DNA from: Mobula hypostoma
Lineage: Eukaryota
Direction of reading: 5' to 3'
Assembly: GCF_963921235.1 (NCBI RefSeq)
Contig: NC_086115.1
Coordinates: 31,806,001-31,870,000 of the forward strand
Length of the DNA stretch: 64,000 nt
Under the pieces are notes generated by a model, which worked only from the letters and a program-made list of their open reading frames with translations, was not told the origin of the DNA and searched no databases. This document shows, piece by piece, positions 38,407-51,022 of the stretch. The translations under genes were made by a program, and so were the position numbers. The stretch's first letter is position 1; the number at the start of each line of letters is the position of its first letter.

Positions 38407-40570
38407 ATAGAAACATAGAAACATAGAAAATAGGTGCAGGAGTAGGCCATTCGGCCCTTCGAGCCTGCACCGCCATTTATTATGATCATGGCTGATCATC
38501 CAACTCAGAACCCCGCCCCAGCCTTCCCTCCACACCCCCTGACCCCTGTAGCCACAAGGGCCATATCTAACTCCCTCTTAAACATAGCCAATGAACTGGC
38601 CTCAACAGTTTGCTGTGGCAGAGAATTCCACAGATTCACCACTCTCTGTGTGAAGAAGTTTTTCCTAATCTCGGTCCTAAAAGGCTTCCCCTCTATCCTC
38701 AAACTGTGACCCCTCGTTCTGGACTTCCCCAACATCGGGAACAATCTTCCTGCATCTAGCCTGTCCAATCCCTTTAGGATCTTATACGTTTCAATCAGAT
38801 CCCCCCTCAATCTTCTAAATTCCAATGAGTACAAGCCCAGTTCATCCAGTCTTTCTTCATATGAAAGTCCTGCCATCCCAGGAATCAATCTGGTGAACCT
38901 TCTTTGTACTCCCTCTATGGCAAAGATGTCTTTCCTCAGATTAGGGGACCAAAACTGCACACAATACTCCAGGTGTGGTCTCACCAAAGCCTTGTACAAC
39001 TGCAGTAGTACCTCCCTGCTCCTGTACTCGAATCCTCTCGCTATAAATGCCAGCATACCATTCACCTTTTTCACCGCCTGCTGTACCTGCATGCCCACTT
39101 TCAATGACTGGTGTATAATGACACCCAGGTCTCGTTGCACCTCCCCTTTTCCTAATCGGCCACCATTCAGATAATAATCTGTTTTCCTATTTTTGCCACC
39201 AAAGTGGATAACTTCACATTTATCCACATTAAATTGCATCTGCCATGAGTTTGCCCACTCACCCAACCTATCCAAGTCACCCTGCATCCTCTTAGCATCC
39301 TCCTCACTGCTAACACTGCCACCCAGCTTCGTGTCATCCGCAAACTTGGAGATGCTGCATTTAATTCCCTCATCCAAGTCATTAATATATATTGTAAACA
39401 ACTGGGGTCCCAGCACTGAGCCTTGCGGTACCCCACTAGTCACTGCCTGCCATTCTGAAAAGGTCCCGTTTATTCCCACTCTTTGCTTCCTGTCTGCTAA
39501 CCAATTCTCCACCCACACCAATACCTTACCCCCAATACCGTGTGCTTTAAGTTTGCACACTAATCTCCTGTGTGGGACCTTCTCAAAAGCCTTTTGAAAA
39601 TCCAAATATACCACATCCACTGGTTCTCCCCTATCCACTCTACTAGTTACATCCTCAAAAAATTCTAAGAGATTCGTCAGACATGATTTTCCTTTCACAA
39701 ATCCATGCTGACTTTGTCGATCATTTCACCGCTTTCCAAATGTGCTGTTATCACATCCTTGATAACTGACTCCAGCAGTTTCCCCACCACCGACGTTAGG
39801 CTAACCGGTCTATAATTCCCCGGTTTCTCTCTCCCTCCTTTTTTAAAAAGTGGGGTTACATTAGCCACCCTCCAATCCTCAGGAACTAGTCCAGAATCTA
39901 ACGAGTTTTGAAAAATTATCACTAATGCATCCACTATTTCTTGGGCTACTTCCTTAAGCACTCTAGGATGCAGACCATCTGGCCCTGGGGATTTATCTGC
40001 CTTCAATCCCTTCAATTTACCTAACACCACTTCCCTACTAACATGTATTTCACTCAGTTCCTCCATCTCACTGGACCCTCTGTCCCTTACTATTTCTGGA
40101 AGATTATTTATGTCCTCCTTAGTGAAGACAGAACCAAAGTAATTATTCAATTGGTCTGCCATGTCCTTGCTCCCCATAATCAATTCACCTGTTTCTGTCT
40201 GCAGGGGACCTACATTTGTCTTTACCAGTCTTTTCCTTTTTACATATCTATAAAAGCTTTTACAGTCCGTTTTTATGTTCTCCGCCAGTTTTCTCTCATA
40301 ATCTTTTTTCCCCTTCCTAATTAAGCCCTTTGTCCTCCTCTGCTGAACTCTGAATTTCTCCCGGTCCTCAGGTGAGCAACTTTCACTGGCTAATTTGTAT
40401 GCTACTTCTTTGGAATTGATACTATCCCTAATTTCTCTTGTCAGCCACGGGTGCACTACCTTCCTTGATTTATTCTTTTGCCAAACTGGGATGAACAATT
40501 GTTGTAGTTCATCCATGCAACCTTTAAATGCTTGCCATTGCATATCCACCGTCAATCCTTTAAGTATCAT
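38407..40570 (-). mobile_element. Young 5'-truncated CR1 LINE; ORF2 (RT) with a single frameshift
   Basis: ORFs 39695-40591 and 38505-39698: KSPGPDG, NYRPVSLTS, YLDFQKAF, GVPQGSVLGP, KFADDTKL; (tttctatg)n tail. Confidence 0.97.
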
Positions 40571-40739
40571 GTGTTGGTCGACATCCAACAATTACTACCA
40601 ATTAGAATTAATTTATTTTCACAGTATATCTGGGATTCTGATTATATTTCATGTATTTCAACTGGAAACAAAAATCACCCAATAAGATCACTTAGATATT
40701 GATATAAATACTCACATCCACTTAATTCTCCACACTCAA

Positions 40740-41045
40740 CATGAAGTTTATGCTAACTCTCAATCCCACTTCCCTGCTAAACTGTAATTCATCCTCTCTC
40801 ACATGCCATTCCACCCTATCCTGGCTCTCCCATCACCCACACCCACAAAGGGTCTTTTGCAGCAGCCGTCTGTCTACCAATCAGTGCATTTTTGTGCCCT
40901 GAGATGAAACCAGTGCACCTTGGGGGAATCTCCACACACTCACACGGAGGATGCAAGCCAAGGCCGCACTGGTGTTCCAGCTGAACCTAGACTGTCGGAG
41001 CAGTGAGACGGCAGCTCTGCTAGCTGTGCCATTACGCCAACTGTT
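40740..41045 (-). mobile_element. Degenerate tRNA-derived SINE
   Basis: Minus-strand head ggcgtaatggcacagctagcagagctg..ggttcagc and a typical gtgtggagatt body. Confidence 0.55.
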
Positions 41046-41169
41046 GTGGACTTATTTAGTAGCAATATATAAAAAACATAAAGATATAAACTGGGACCTG
41101 ATGGGAGAATTGGGATTATTCCCTTTTCAGGAATCTTCAATGTTACTGACTCATAGAATACAGTACCTA

Positions 41170-41810
41170 ATCAGTAGGGCGACTAGGACTTGATGTTTCA
41201 ATCCCTATGGTAAGTCGGCACTCTTGATGTTGACAGTGGGCTTGGAGTGGTGACAAGGAGGGAGGATAGGTACGCCATCGAGTTCATCAGGTGGGTACCC
41301 TCCTTCTTTGACATTTCGTTAATAAGCCCACGACGTCTCCAGAGGGCTCAATGGTGCTACCTGGCATCCCAGATACACCCCCCTCAGTTCCACACCAGCC
41401 TGTCGTCATCTTGCAGCCCAGTTGTTGTCTTTCCTTTTAATCCAAATCTAATCGCTGCTTTCTTCTGCTGCATTTGACAAGGACTTGACTGCTTCTTGGA
41501 GGGAGTGACCCCTCACCCCTATCTTCCTCAATAGACTGGTCGTAGATGTAGCAACGAATCCACTGCATCCCACCTCTACAGGGGAAATCTTGGTCTTCCG
41601 GCCATTCTGGGCAGCTTCAGTTGCCAGTTCAGAGTACTTGGTCTATTTCCTCTCATAAGCTTCTTCGACACCATCTTCCCATGGTACTGTCAATTCCACA
41701 ACATATGCCAGCTTGGCTGTTGTGGACCACAAGACCATGTCTGGCTGGAGTGTTGTAACCGCAATGTCCGGGGGAAACACAAGCTTTTTTTTTCCAAGTC
41801 CACGTCCATT
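41170..41810 (-). mobile_element. Non-LTR retrotransposon 3' end with a restriction-like endonuclease (HERO/NeSL-like)
   Basis: TTLQPDMVLWSTTAKLAYVVELTVPWEDGVEEAYERK..KY (PD..E..K REL motif). Confidence 0.82.
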
Positions 41811-41938
41811 TTCCAATCCCAAGCAACCTGTAATAGTGGTCTCTTCCACTGCATGAGAAGGAATTTCTATTTGAATTAGCATCATTCTCCACTTTGGAAC
41901 ATTACAAAGCATTTCACAGCTGAAGTGGTGCCCTTACA

Positions 41939-43260
41939 TGTCACAATGGTGGGCATTGGGAGCAAGGGTGGACCCAAATGCAAGACACATCTTGTGAGGT
42001 TAATTAGATTTAGTTTATTGTTTGATACCAGGACAGCAAAGCAGAAAGAGAAATAGCGAACAGGACAAGGACTACAACTAGGCTGGGACCAAGGGTCTGG
42101 GCTTGGACTCAGAATCGGCTCCCAGAACTAGAAGAGACATGAAGAAGCTAGGGTATGGACTCCGAGCCAGGGACTGGGCAAGGACCCAGTACCTGGGTCT
42201 TGCCTCGGGCTCAGACCCTAGAACCAGGCATGAACATGACATGGACTAGGGAGAGGAGGAACATGGAAAACAGATCCTCTGTCTCGGGAGAGCAGGTACA
42301 TGGAGCCATCGACACATACACAGAACACAGAGTCGGGACCCCTCCTTGGGTACAGGACATAGGGCTGGGACTCACACACAGAACAGAGAGCCGGGACCCC
42401 TCCTTGGGTACAGGACATAGGGCCGGGACTCATGACCCTCGGCGGGGCAACGGCAAGACGGCCTGACTTACCCCACGGAGGCAAGGACAAGACAAACACC
42501 AAAGAACAACACAGTTCCTATCTAGCTCCAGCGATAGAACTAGACCAAGGTGCAGGCGAGGGCTACAGACGAGGGCTAGAGGTGAGAGGGGCAGAGAAGT
42601 GATTCAGACAGGGGGGTAGGACAGGAATCACAGACTGCTATGGCCAGGACTTAACTAGGTACTCGGATGCCACCAGGGCACGGACTTGACTTGATACTCG
42701 GATGCTGCCAGAGCCAGGACTTGACTTGGTACTCGGATGCCGCCGGAGCCAGGACTTGGACGTGGTACTTGGATGCCGCCGGAGCCAGGACTTGGACTTG
42801 GATGTGGTACTTGGATGTCGCCGGAGCCAGGATGTGGTACTTGGAACCTCCGGGTAGAGGTGAGCTCTAGACTCGGCCCAGGAACAGTAGATAGTGGCTC
42901 CTGATTCTCTCCGGCGGGTTAACTGATGGACCCACCTTGATGAGGAAACTTTGCAGGCTCGCTTTGGCGAGGTAACTGGACAGGGTTGCTCCAGTGAGGA
43001 GAGGCGAATTACCGGCACTCGCTTCGGCAGAGACCAGGCTTGCTTCGGCCAGATGACATCGGCACACCGTAGCTTTGACGACTTTGCAGACGCTCCCACA
43101 CTGAACGGCTGAAAGCCGGAGACTATAGACTACCGGTTCAGCCGAGAGCTAATTGCTTCTAACCACCAAAGCCGAGGGGCACGGGAAAACAGGGAATCAA
43201 TGGTCCGGATCGTAACATAAACAAAGTAAATTTAAAGGGACCCCGATCCGGACCATGACA
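41939..43260 (-). mobile_element. Solo LTR of the sushi-like family at 50791-54323
   Basis: TGTCA...TGACA ends; 5-bp TSD TTACA/TTACG with one CpG-type mismatch; reverse complement is colinear with both LTRs of 50791-54323. Confidence 0.92.
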
Positions 43261-44119
43261 TTACGTCCAATTGCTACTGTAAGTTAAAAAACAAAGCTGA
43301 GGACAGAATGCTCCCACAAAATGCTATGAATGGATCGTTTGTGTTAGGACTTGGTTACCAGAAAACCTCAGGAGCTCCTCTGCTGTTCCGAGAATAGTGG
43401 CTTTGAATATTTTAGCTTGAAATTGGATTCCAATGATTTTTGGTGTGTGAAAAGTGTATCGCATTTAACCCTACCAATTGTGAGATCTGCAAAAATAAAA
43501 AATCACAAAATTTCTGAAATTTACAAAAGAAATTATTAGCGCATACTAATGTACCCTGGTTGCAGTATCATATCTGTATTTTTCAGCGTTGCCACGTCAT
43601 TATACTGGTAGAACTGCAACTTGACTCACACTCACTATGGCAGCCAATATAAGACAGGGAAATATGGAGGAAAAGAGGGTAAGTGTTGATACTGTGTCTG
43701 AACACAGTGCTTCCTCTCTCAACCCCATTCTGCTCACACATTCACTTCCATCCCCTAAGTGGTCCCCAGCGACTGTGAGGCTGCATCAAGCAAAGGTCAC
43801 AGCAGAGATTTCTGCAGTGACCAGCCAGAAACTCAGGCAAAAATAAGCAATCTCCTTTGCCTGCACTGCAGAGATCAATAAAGTAGGTACAATCAGACAG
43901 CAGAGCATTAATGTTCCAGCAGAGACATTTTAATTCAAACATAAATTCACTTAGTGCATTTGTTCTTTCTTTCACTTTGACAAAAACAGAGTCATTAGAT
44001 GCACATTTCAAACAAACAATGAGTGTCACGCATATCGATAACAGCATCATGTGGATGAATGTCACTCAGGAACTTATATAACTGTCAACATGAATTGTAC
44101 TGAGAAGTTACATATTGAT

Positions 44120-44700
44120 AGAGGTGTACAAGATGATAGAGGCATAGATCGAGAGAATAGCCAGAGACATTTTTCCCCCCCACAGGGCAGAAATCCTTTT
44201 CTCCTATGGTCCACTCTCCTCTCCTATCAGATTCCTTCTTCTCCAGCCCTTGACCTTTCCCGCCCCTCTGGCTTCACCTGTCACCTTCTAGCTAGCCCCC
44301 TTCCCCTCCCCCTCACCTCTTTATTCTGGCGTTTTCCCCCTTCCTTCTCCGCCTTGAAGAAGGGTCTCAGCCCGAAACGTCGACTGTTTATTCATTTCCA
44401 CAGATGCTGGCTGACCTGCTGAGTTCCTCCAACATTTTGTATATGTTGCTTATAATCTTAAGGTGAATGGAGTAAAGTATAGGGGGAATATCAGAGGTAA
44501 AGTTTTTTTTACACAAAGAGCGATGGGTGCATAGATGTAGATACATTAAGGACATTTAAGAAACTCTTAGATAGGCAAACAGATAACAGAAAAATGGAAG
44601 TCTATGGGGGAGGGAAGGGACAGATTGACCCTAGAGTAGATTAAAAGTTCACACAACATCATGGGCTGAAGTGCCTGTATTATGCAATAGTGTTCTAAAT
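44120..44700 (+). mobile_element. CR1 3' fragment interrupted by a Penelope pseudo-LTR (~44195-44450)
   Basis: CR1 3' sequence on both sides of a tail carrying gaagggtctcagcccgaaacgtcgac. Confidence 0.7.
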
Positions 44701-45555
44701 TCTAAGTGCTCAACCCAATTTCCCGGTGTGAGGGATCTAAAAATGGGGCAAAAAAATTATTTTAACCAAATTTTATGCAGAAAAAGACCACAAAAGAATG
44801 CAATTTCTAAGCATCCTACTTGCAATTAGTGAACAGATATTACCCTGATTTGACAGCCCATCCACAAGAAGACTGTCAAAGCAGTGATCATTCAATGCTG
44901 CACAGACATGCCAGTCTGAAGATGTGCTGGAGTGGGGATTGAGCCCTCAATCTACCTATTCAGAGGGAAAAGTGTTATCAACTGTCTTGTTCTCAAATTA
45001 AAATCCTCTGGATGAAGAACTTTATGCATAAAGGGCAAGCCTTCCTATCAAGATACAGGCTTCTGGGTTTTTCTATAACAGAACTAACCTCCAGCTGATA
45101 GGCTGTCATTTTAATCTGGCATAATTTTGAAGCAAATCCAATTGGTTTAAGCAATTAAGCAAGCAGAAATGTTAGCACCTGACTGGGCAAAAATAATAAT
45201 GGGTTCTATTTATTTCCCTCCCAATCACAACAGCCGGCTGGTGTTGACACCTGGTAATAATCAGAAATTGCATTTTGACCTGACTGAATGCTGCATTCAT
45301 TAGCATTTTAACACACAAGCTCTGATATCAAAGAGAATCGGCTCCACAGAGCAATTCATAGCTTGTTACTCACTGACAGAGGGAATGCCTCTCCACTTTC
45401 TACTTATTGGGAAAAACATAATTTTCCAATTTAGACTCCATCCAGTTGAAGTTATACAATATCATGCGTGATAAATTCAAGAACAGCTCAGATACAGTCT
45501 CAGGATCATCCATAAGACTCTTGCGTCAGGAAATTCTATATTGAATTAGCTTAAA

Positions 45556-45683
45556 CTGTTCTGATGAAGGGTCTCAGTCCGAAACGTCAACTGTTTACTC
45601 TTTTCCATGGATGCTGCCTGGCCTACTGAGTAAATTTGTGCGTGTTAATTTGGATTTTCAGCATCTGCAGGTTTTCTCTTATC
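45556..45683 (+). mobile_element. 128-bp Penelope pseudo-LTR insert starting at a hammerhead motif (45558-45591)
   Basis: gtt-CTGATGA-agggtctcagtcc-GAAA-cgtc^aac; 9-bp TSD TAGCTTAAA at 45547-45555 and 45684-45692. Confidence 0.8.
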
Positions 45684-46222
45684 TAGCTTAAAATATAGTT
45701 AGCACACAGAAACATCCGCGCGTACTGTGTATATCTTGTTGGAAGCACATCAGATGTAGGATCTTAAAAGTGGAATGCTTATACTATTGGATAGAATAGT
45801 AATTATTGTAGTTAAGGTAAGAAATGTAATAGCTGTACCAGCATGCATTTAAAAATCACATAACAACCAAAGTAATTGAGAGGAGACTAGTCTTTTAAAT
45901 CAAGCTACAGTATACAATCCCCGAGCTGACAGATTTAATGCTGAGGATGTTAAGAAAAATCATGGAAGTTAGAATGTGTATGTATAATTCAATATGGCCT
46001 GATTCACCATAGAAGTCTAATAGCTTTGAATGGTGAGGCATTTAGTATCCCACTAAAACCCACATAGATTTTATTAAGCATAATTTTTTGCTGTGTAAGC
46101 CTGCATTAATAAGTCTATGATGGCTGACATTCAATAGTTACAAATCTTTTGTATTTGAGGATTACAAATCTTTTGGATTTGAGGATTAGGGTACCAAACC
46201 CCTTGAAGAGGAACATTAATAC

Positions 46223-46313
46223 CTCGTCCGGATGGTTATTCATGCATTCGCCCGTGTACTTGTCGTTCTTTTGTAAAGGCAGGCTGAACAAACACTTGGT
46301 GTGGTGAGACTTG
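46223..46313 (-). other. Candidate 91-nt exon
   Basis: Acceptor ttatttatttgtAG, donor GAG|GTATTA; only one open frame, KSHHTKCLFSLPLQKNDKYTGECMNNHPDE; CpG-richer than its flanks. Confidence 0.35.
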
Positions 46314-46854
46314 CTACAAATAAATAAGGTAATTTATTTTACAGCAAGGTAAAGCACAGAGAAGCAATCATGGTAATGCAAACTTGTAAAACATCCTCTT
46401 TGCTCAGCAATAATGAAAAATTAAAAACTAAATCATTTTTACTTAAATAAACACTTATTAATTTGTCGTCAGCGTTTCTAATTACTTTCTTTCCTGAATT
46501 TTTTGCTCATCACAAGAAATATACATGAAATACTTAATATTTTGTTTTGACAGAAGTTCTCATGGCTTTTCCAGTAACAATGATTGCCTCACAGAGCCCA
46601 ATAGCTGCAGTACCACCCTTTACATTCAAGTGTCTCCAAACTCAACAAACAACAATACAGAATTAGTTTAATAGAGTGGCATTTTTCTGTATTCTCAAGG
46701 ATGCTTTTGAAATAAAATCACACTGTTGGTAAACAGCTTTTTGATACATAGGCAAGTGATTAAAAATCCTATATGATCACATCATTCATAAAATCCAACT
46801 TCTAGTGTTGTCAGAAAGACCAGCTCCTTGAAATCAAACTAATGGTCTTGTCAG

Positions 46855-47365
46855 CTTCTTGATGTGGAAAGTCCAACTATCTGTCATCTGGGAACTGAAT
46901 GGTCATTCTCCCTCTCAGTTATCACTCCGATATATCACATATACTGTATATGGGGTGTGAGAGGTTGCAGCTTCTCTGAGTATCTGAAGCCGCTGCTCCT
47001 CACGTTTTGGCTGCTCTTCAGCCCCACGCTCCTGATCTTCGGTCACGTAGTGTGGAGGGAGGTGGGTCAGTCGGGAGATCTCCTGGTTGGTGTGTCCCTT
47101 GCCCGGCCAAGGAGCCCATTGATGGGTCTAGGCAACAGGCCAAGATGGTCCTACCTGAGCCAACTATCTGCCCCTCTTCCGGGATTATGTCTATGCTTAA
47201 GTGTCCCGGGAGAGGGGGCACTTCAAGGGCCCAAGTACGTTCTAGATCATGATAGCAATGTTACAATTTGAAACTGTAAACCGTGCGCATCATGTACAAT
47301 TGTAATATTGTATTCCTATGATATTGTAAATACTGAATAAGTCACCTTTGAAAAAGGAAAAAATA
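46855..47365 (+). mobile_element. Tx1/L1-like LINE 3' fragment
   Basis: Degenerate zinc knuckle and FSPTLLIFGH..DLLVG motif; A-rich tail. Confidence 0.6.
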
Positions 47366-48514
47366 AGGTCTCAAACCCATTATGAACAAGAAAACCTGCA
47401 GATGCAGAAAATCCAAATTAACACACACACAATGCTGGAGGAACTCAGCAGGCTAGGCAGCATCTATGGTAAAAAGAAAAGAGTCAACATTTTTGGCCAA
47501 CACCCTTCATCAGGACTCTAACCTTTTAGTTTAATTTCTAGAATAAATCTGAATTGCCCTAAATATTTTAAACTCCAAGTTATGAAAAAATCTAATCTTG
47601 TATTTTCTATAAGGTCCACAAAGGTGGATGCCATCTCACAGAGTAGTTTTATTTAATTGTTCACCCATCTCTTGTGTGATCTATATTTTACTACTAATTG
47701 TGGAACTCAGTTCCACTGATGGAGCATTTGGCAAGGAAAGTAAAGCTGCCAGGCACCCAGTTCAGTTCTGTTTATGGAACCTAACACTATCTATTTATCA
47801 ATCACTTCAGAAAGCTGAACCAGTTCTATCAGATTGTACGGCTACATCCCTCCAACAAATAAAGCTCTTATGTGATCTTAAGTCTGGGTATTACAGCCAA
47901 AAATATCTCCTTGTATGGTGGGGGGGCAAAATAATATTTTGTGAAAATATTGCATAGCCTTACTATTGCCTCCCTTTTAATAGACTGATATATTCAATAT
48001 GACTCCTGACCATATTTATCCCAGATACATTCTCTCATACATAACGCTTCACTTTAAAGCCAGTTATGAATGCTCACTCTTAAGTCATCCTGCCTGCAAG
48101 ATATCTGAAGCCCATAAAAATATGTGGGCTGCTTTTTTTTAAAATCAGAGAGAGGGGTTGGTTTGGGCGAGGAAGCCCCTTAAATTATTGTACGAGTGTG
48201 CTGCTCGGGGGGGGGGGCGGTGGAGGTGACACATGAATGGCAACATTCCTATTGATTTTAGGGAATGTAATAGAACATTGTTGAAACCATTGACTATGAA
48301 TATAGTCGCTACACAGTTTATTTTTGTAAATAACTGTTATTATATTAAAAAATGTACTCTACGTGATCATGAGCATAACCACAATAAATTGCAATGGAAG
48401 CCAGTTTGTAAGCAATCTTGTGCCAACTCCCAACTCTTTCTAACTGCAGCCTATTTTTACTCTTGTAAATTTCTCATTCTATCAGATAGCTGAAAATACA
48501 ATAAATGCAGTCAG

Positions 48515-48990
48515 ATCACAAACAAGAGAAAACCTGCAGATGCTGGAAAGCCAAGCAACATGCTGGAGGAACTCAGCAGGCCAGGCAGCATCTATGGAAA
48601 AGAGTAAACAGTCGACTTTTCCGCCGAGACCCTTCATCAGGGCTGGAGGGAGAAAAGATGAATAGTCAGAGCTAGAAGGTGGGGGGAAGGAAGGAAGAAA
48701 CAAGGTGAGCAGTGAAACTGGGGGGGAGGGGTGAAGTAAAGAGCTGGGAAGTTGAGAGGTGATCGAGATTTAGGGCTGGAGAAGGGGGAATCTGATAGGA
48801 GAGGACAAAAGGCCATGTAAGAGGGAGGTGATGTACAGGTAAGGACAAGGTGAGAGAGGTCATGGGAATGGGGAATGGTGAGGAGTGGAGGGGCATTACC
48901 GGAAGTTCGAGAAATCGATGTTCGTGCCATCAGGTTGGGAGCTACCCAGACAGAATACAAGGTGTTGTTCCTCAAACCTAAGCGTGGCTG
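48515..48990 (-). mobile_element. Penelope-like 3' fragment with a degenerate hammerhead (48610-48644)
   Basis: GIY-YIG end plus pseudo-LTR. Confidence 0.85.
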
Positions 48991-50921
48991 GCAAATGAAA
49001 GAAAACAAAGGGAAAATGGGCCATCAAACCTGGGATGTCCCACCTGTGACTGCATTCCGTCATGAAGCTAGTCTACTGGATCTACATGATGTTCATCTTT
49101 CTTTTGCTGATCTGTCATTTCACCCATTGTTGAGCCTCATTTTCATGCAGTTCTTCACAAGGTAATCAAAAGATTTTAGAAACACAAGTAAGTTATATCT
49201 TCTCACACTCAGTTAGCTGATGAACAAGTTATCTCAAATGAATTCTTGCAATGAATCATTATCCTAAGCTCCCAGTTGTCAGCAATTAAGACCATAAGAT
49301 ATAGGAACAGAAGTAGGCTATTTGGCCCATCAAGTCTTCTCTGCCATTCAGTCATGGGCTGATCCAATTCTTCCAGTCAACCCCACTCCCCTGCCTTCTC
49401 CCCATACCCTTTGATGCCCTGGCTAATCAAGAACATATCTATCTGCCTTAAATACACCCAATGACTTGGCATCCACAGCCGCTCGTGGCAACAAGTTTCA
49501 CAAATTTACCACCCTCTGACTAAAGTAATTTCTCCGCATCTCTGTTCTAAATGGACATCCTTCAACCCTGAAGTTGTTCCCTCTTGTCCTAAACTCCCCT
49601 GCCATGGGAAATAACTTTGCCATATCTAATCTGTTCAGGCCTTTTAACATTTGGAATGTTTCTATGAGATCCCCCCCTTCATTCTCCTGAACTCCAGGGA
49701 ATACAGCCCAAGATCTGTCAGACATTCCTCATACGGTAACTCTTTCATTCCAGGCATCATTTTCATGAATCTTCTCTGAACCCTTTCCAATGTCAGTATA
49801 CCTTTCTAAAATAAGGAGCCCAAAACTGCACACAATACTCCAAGTGTGGTTTCATGAGTGCCTTAGAGAGCCTCAAATCACATCCCGGCTCTTATATTCT
49901 ATACCTCCAGAAATGAAAGCCAACATTGCATTCGCCTTCTTCACCACTGACTCAATCTGGAGGTTAACATTTAGGATACCCTGCACAAGGATTCCCAAGT
50001 CCCTTTGCATCTCTGCATTTTGAATTCTCTCCCCATCTAAATAATAGTCTGCCCGTTTATTTCTTCCACGAAAGTGCATGACTATACACTTCCTAACATT
50101 GTACTTCATTTGCCACTTCTTTGCCCATTCCCCTAAACGATCTAAGTCTCTCTGCAGGCTCTCTGTTTCCTCAACACTACCCGCTCCTCCACCTATCTTT
50201 GTATCATCCGCAAACATAGCCACAAATCCACTAATCCCATAGTCCACATCATTGACATATATCGTAAAAAGCAGTGATCCCAACACCGACCCCTGTGGAA
50301 CTCCATTGGTAACCAGCAGCCAGCCAGAGTAAGATCCCTTTATTCCCACTCTCTGTTTTTTGCCAATCAGCCAATGCTCCACCTATGCTAGTAACTCCCC
50401 TGTAATTCCATGGGCTCTTATCTTGCTAAGCAGCCTCATGTGCTGCACCTTGCCAAAGGCCTTCTGAAAATCCAAGTACACCATATTTCCTGCATCTCCT
50501 TTGTCTACTCTGCTTGTAATTTCCTCAAAAAATTGCAGTAGGTTAGTCAGGCAGGATTTTCCTTTCAGGAAACCATGCTGGCTTTGGCCTATCTTGTCAC
50601 ATGCCTCCAGATACCCCATAACCTCATCCCTAATAATCAATTCCAACAACTTCCCAACCACTGATTTCAGGCTAGCAGGTCTTTATTTCCCTTTCTGCTG
50701 CCTCCCATCCTTCTTAAATAGTGGAGTAACATTTGCAATTTTCCAGTCATCCGGTACAATGACAGAATCTACTAATTCTTTAAAGATCATTGTCATGGTC
50801 CGGATTGGAGTCCCTTTAAATTTAGCTTGTTTATGTTATGATCCGGACCGTTGATTCCCTGTTTTCCCGTGTCCCTCGACTTTGGTGATTAGAGGCAATT
50901 AACACTCGGCTGAACCAGTAG

Positions 50922-50961
50922 TTTATAGTCTCCGGCTTTCAGCCGTTCGGTGCGGGAGCAT
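50922..50961 (+). promoter_or_regulatory. Putative LTR TATA box (50922-50927) and transcript start complementary to the PBS
   Basis: tttata followed ~25 nt later by gcgggagcat, which is 9/10 complementary to acgctcccgc at 52686-52695. Confidence 0.6.
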
Positions 50962-51022
50962 CTGCAAAGTCATCAAAAGCACGGTGTGCCGATGTCATCT
51001 GGCCGGAGCAAGCCTAGTCTCT

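Noticed and set aside
38505-39698. 397-aa ORF as a host gene
   Set aside because: It is CR1 ORF2 reverse transcriptase, 5'-truncated and frameshifted.
46138-46188. 24-bp tandem duplication near a candidate exon
   Set aside because: Two copies only; ordinary slippage.
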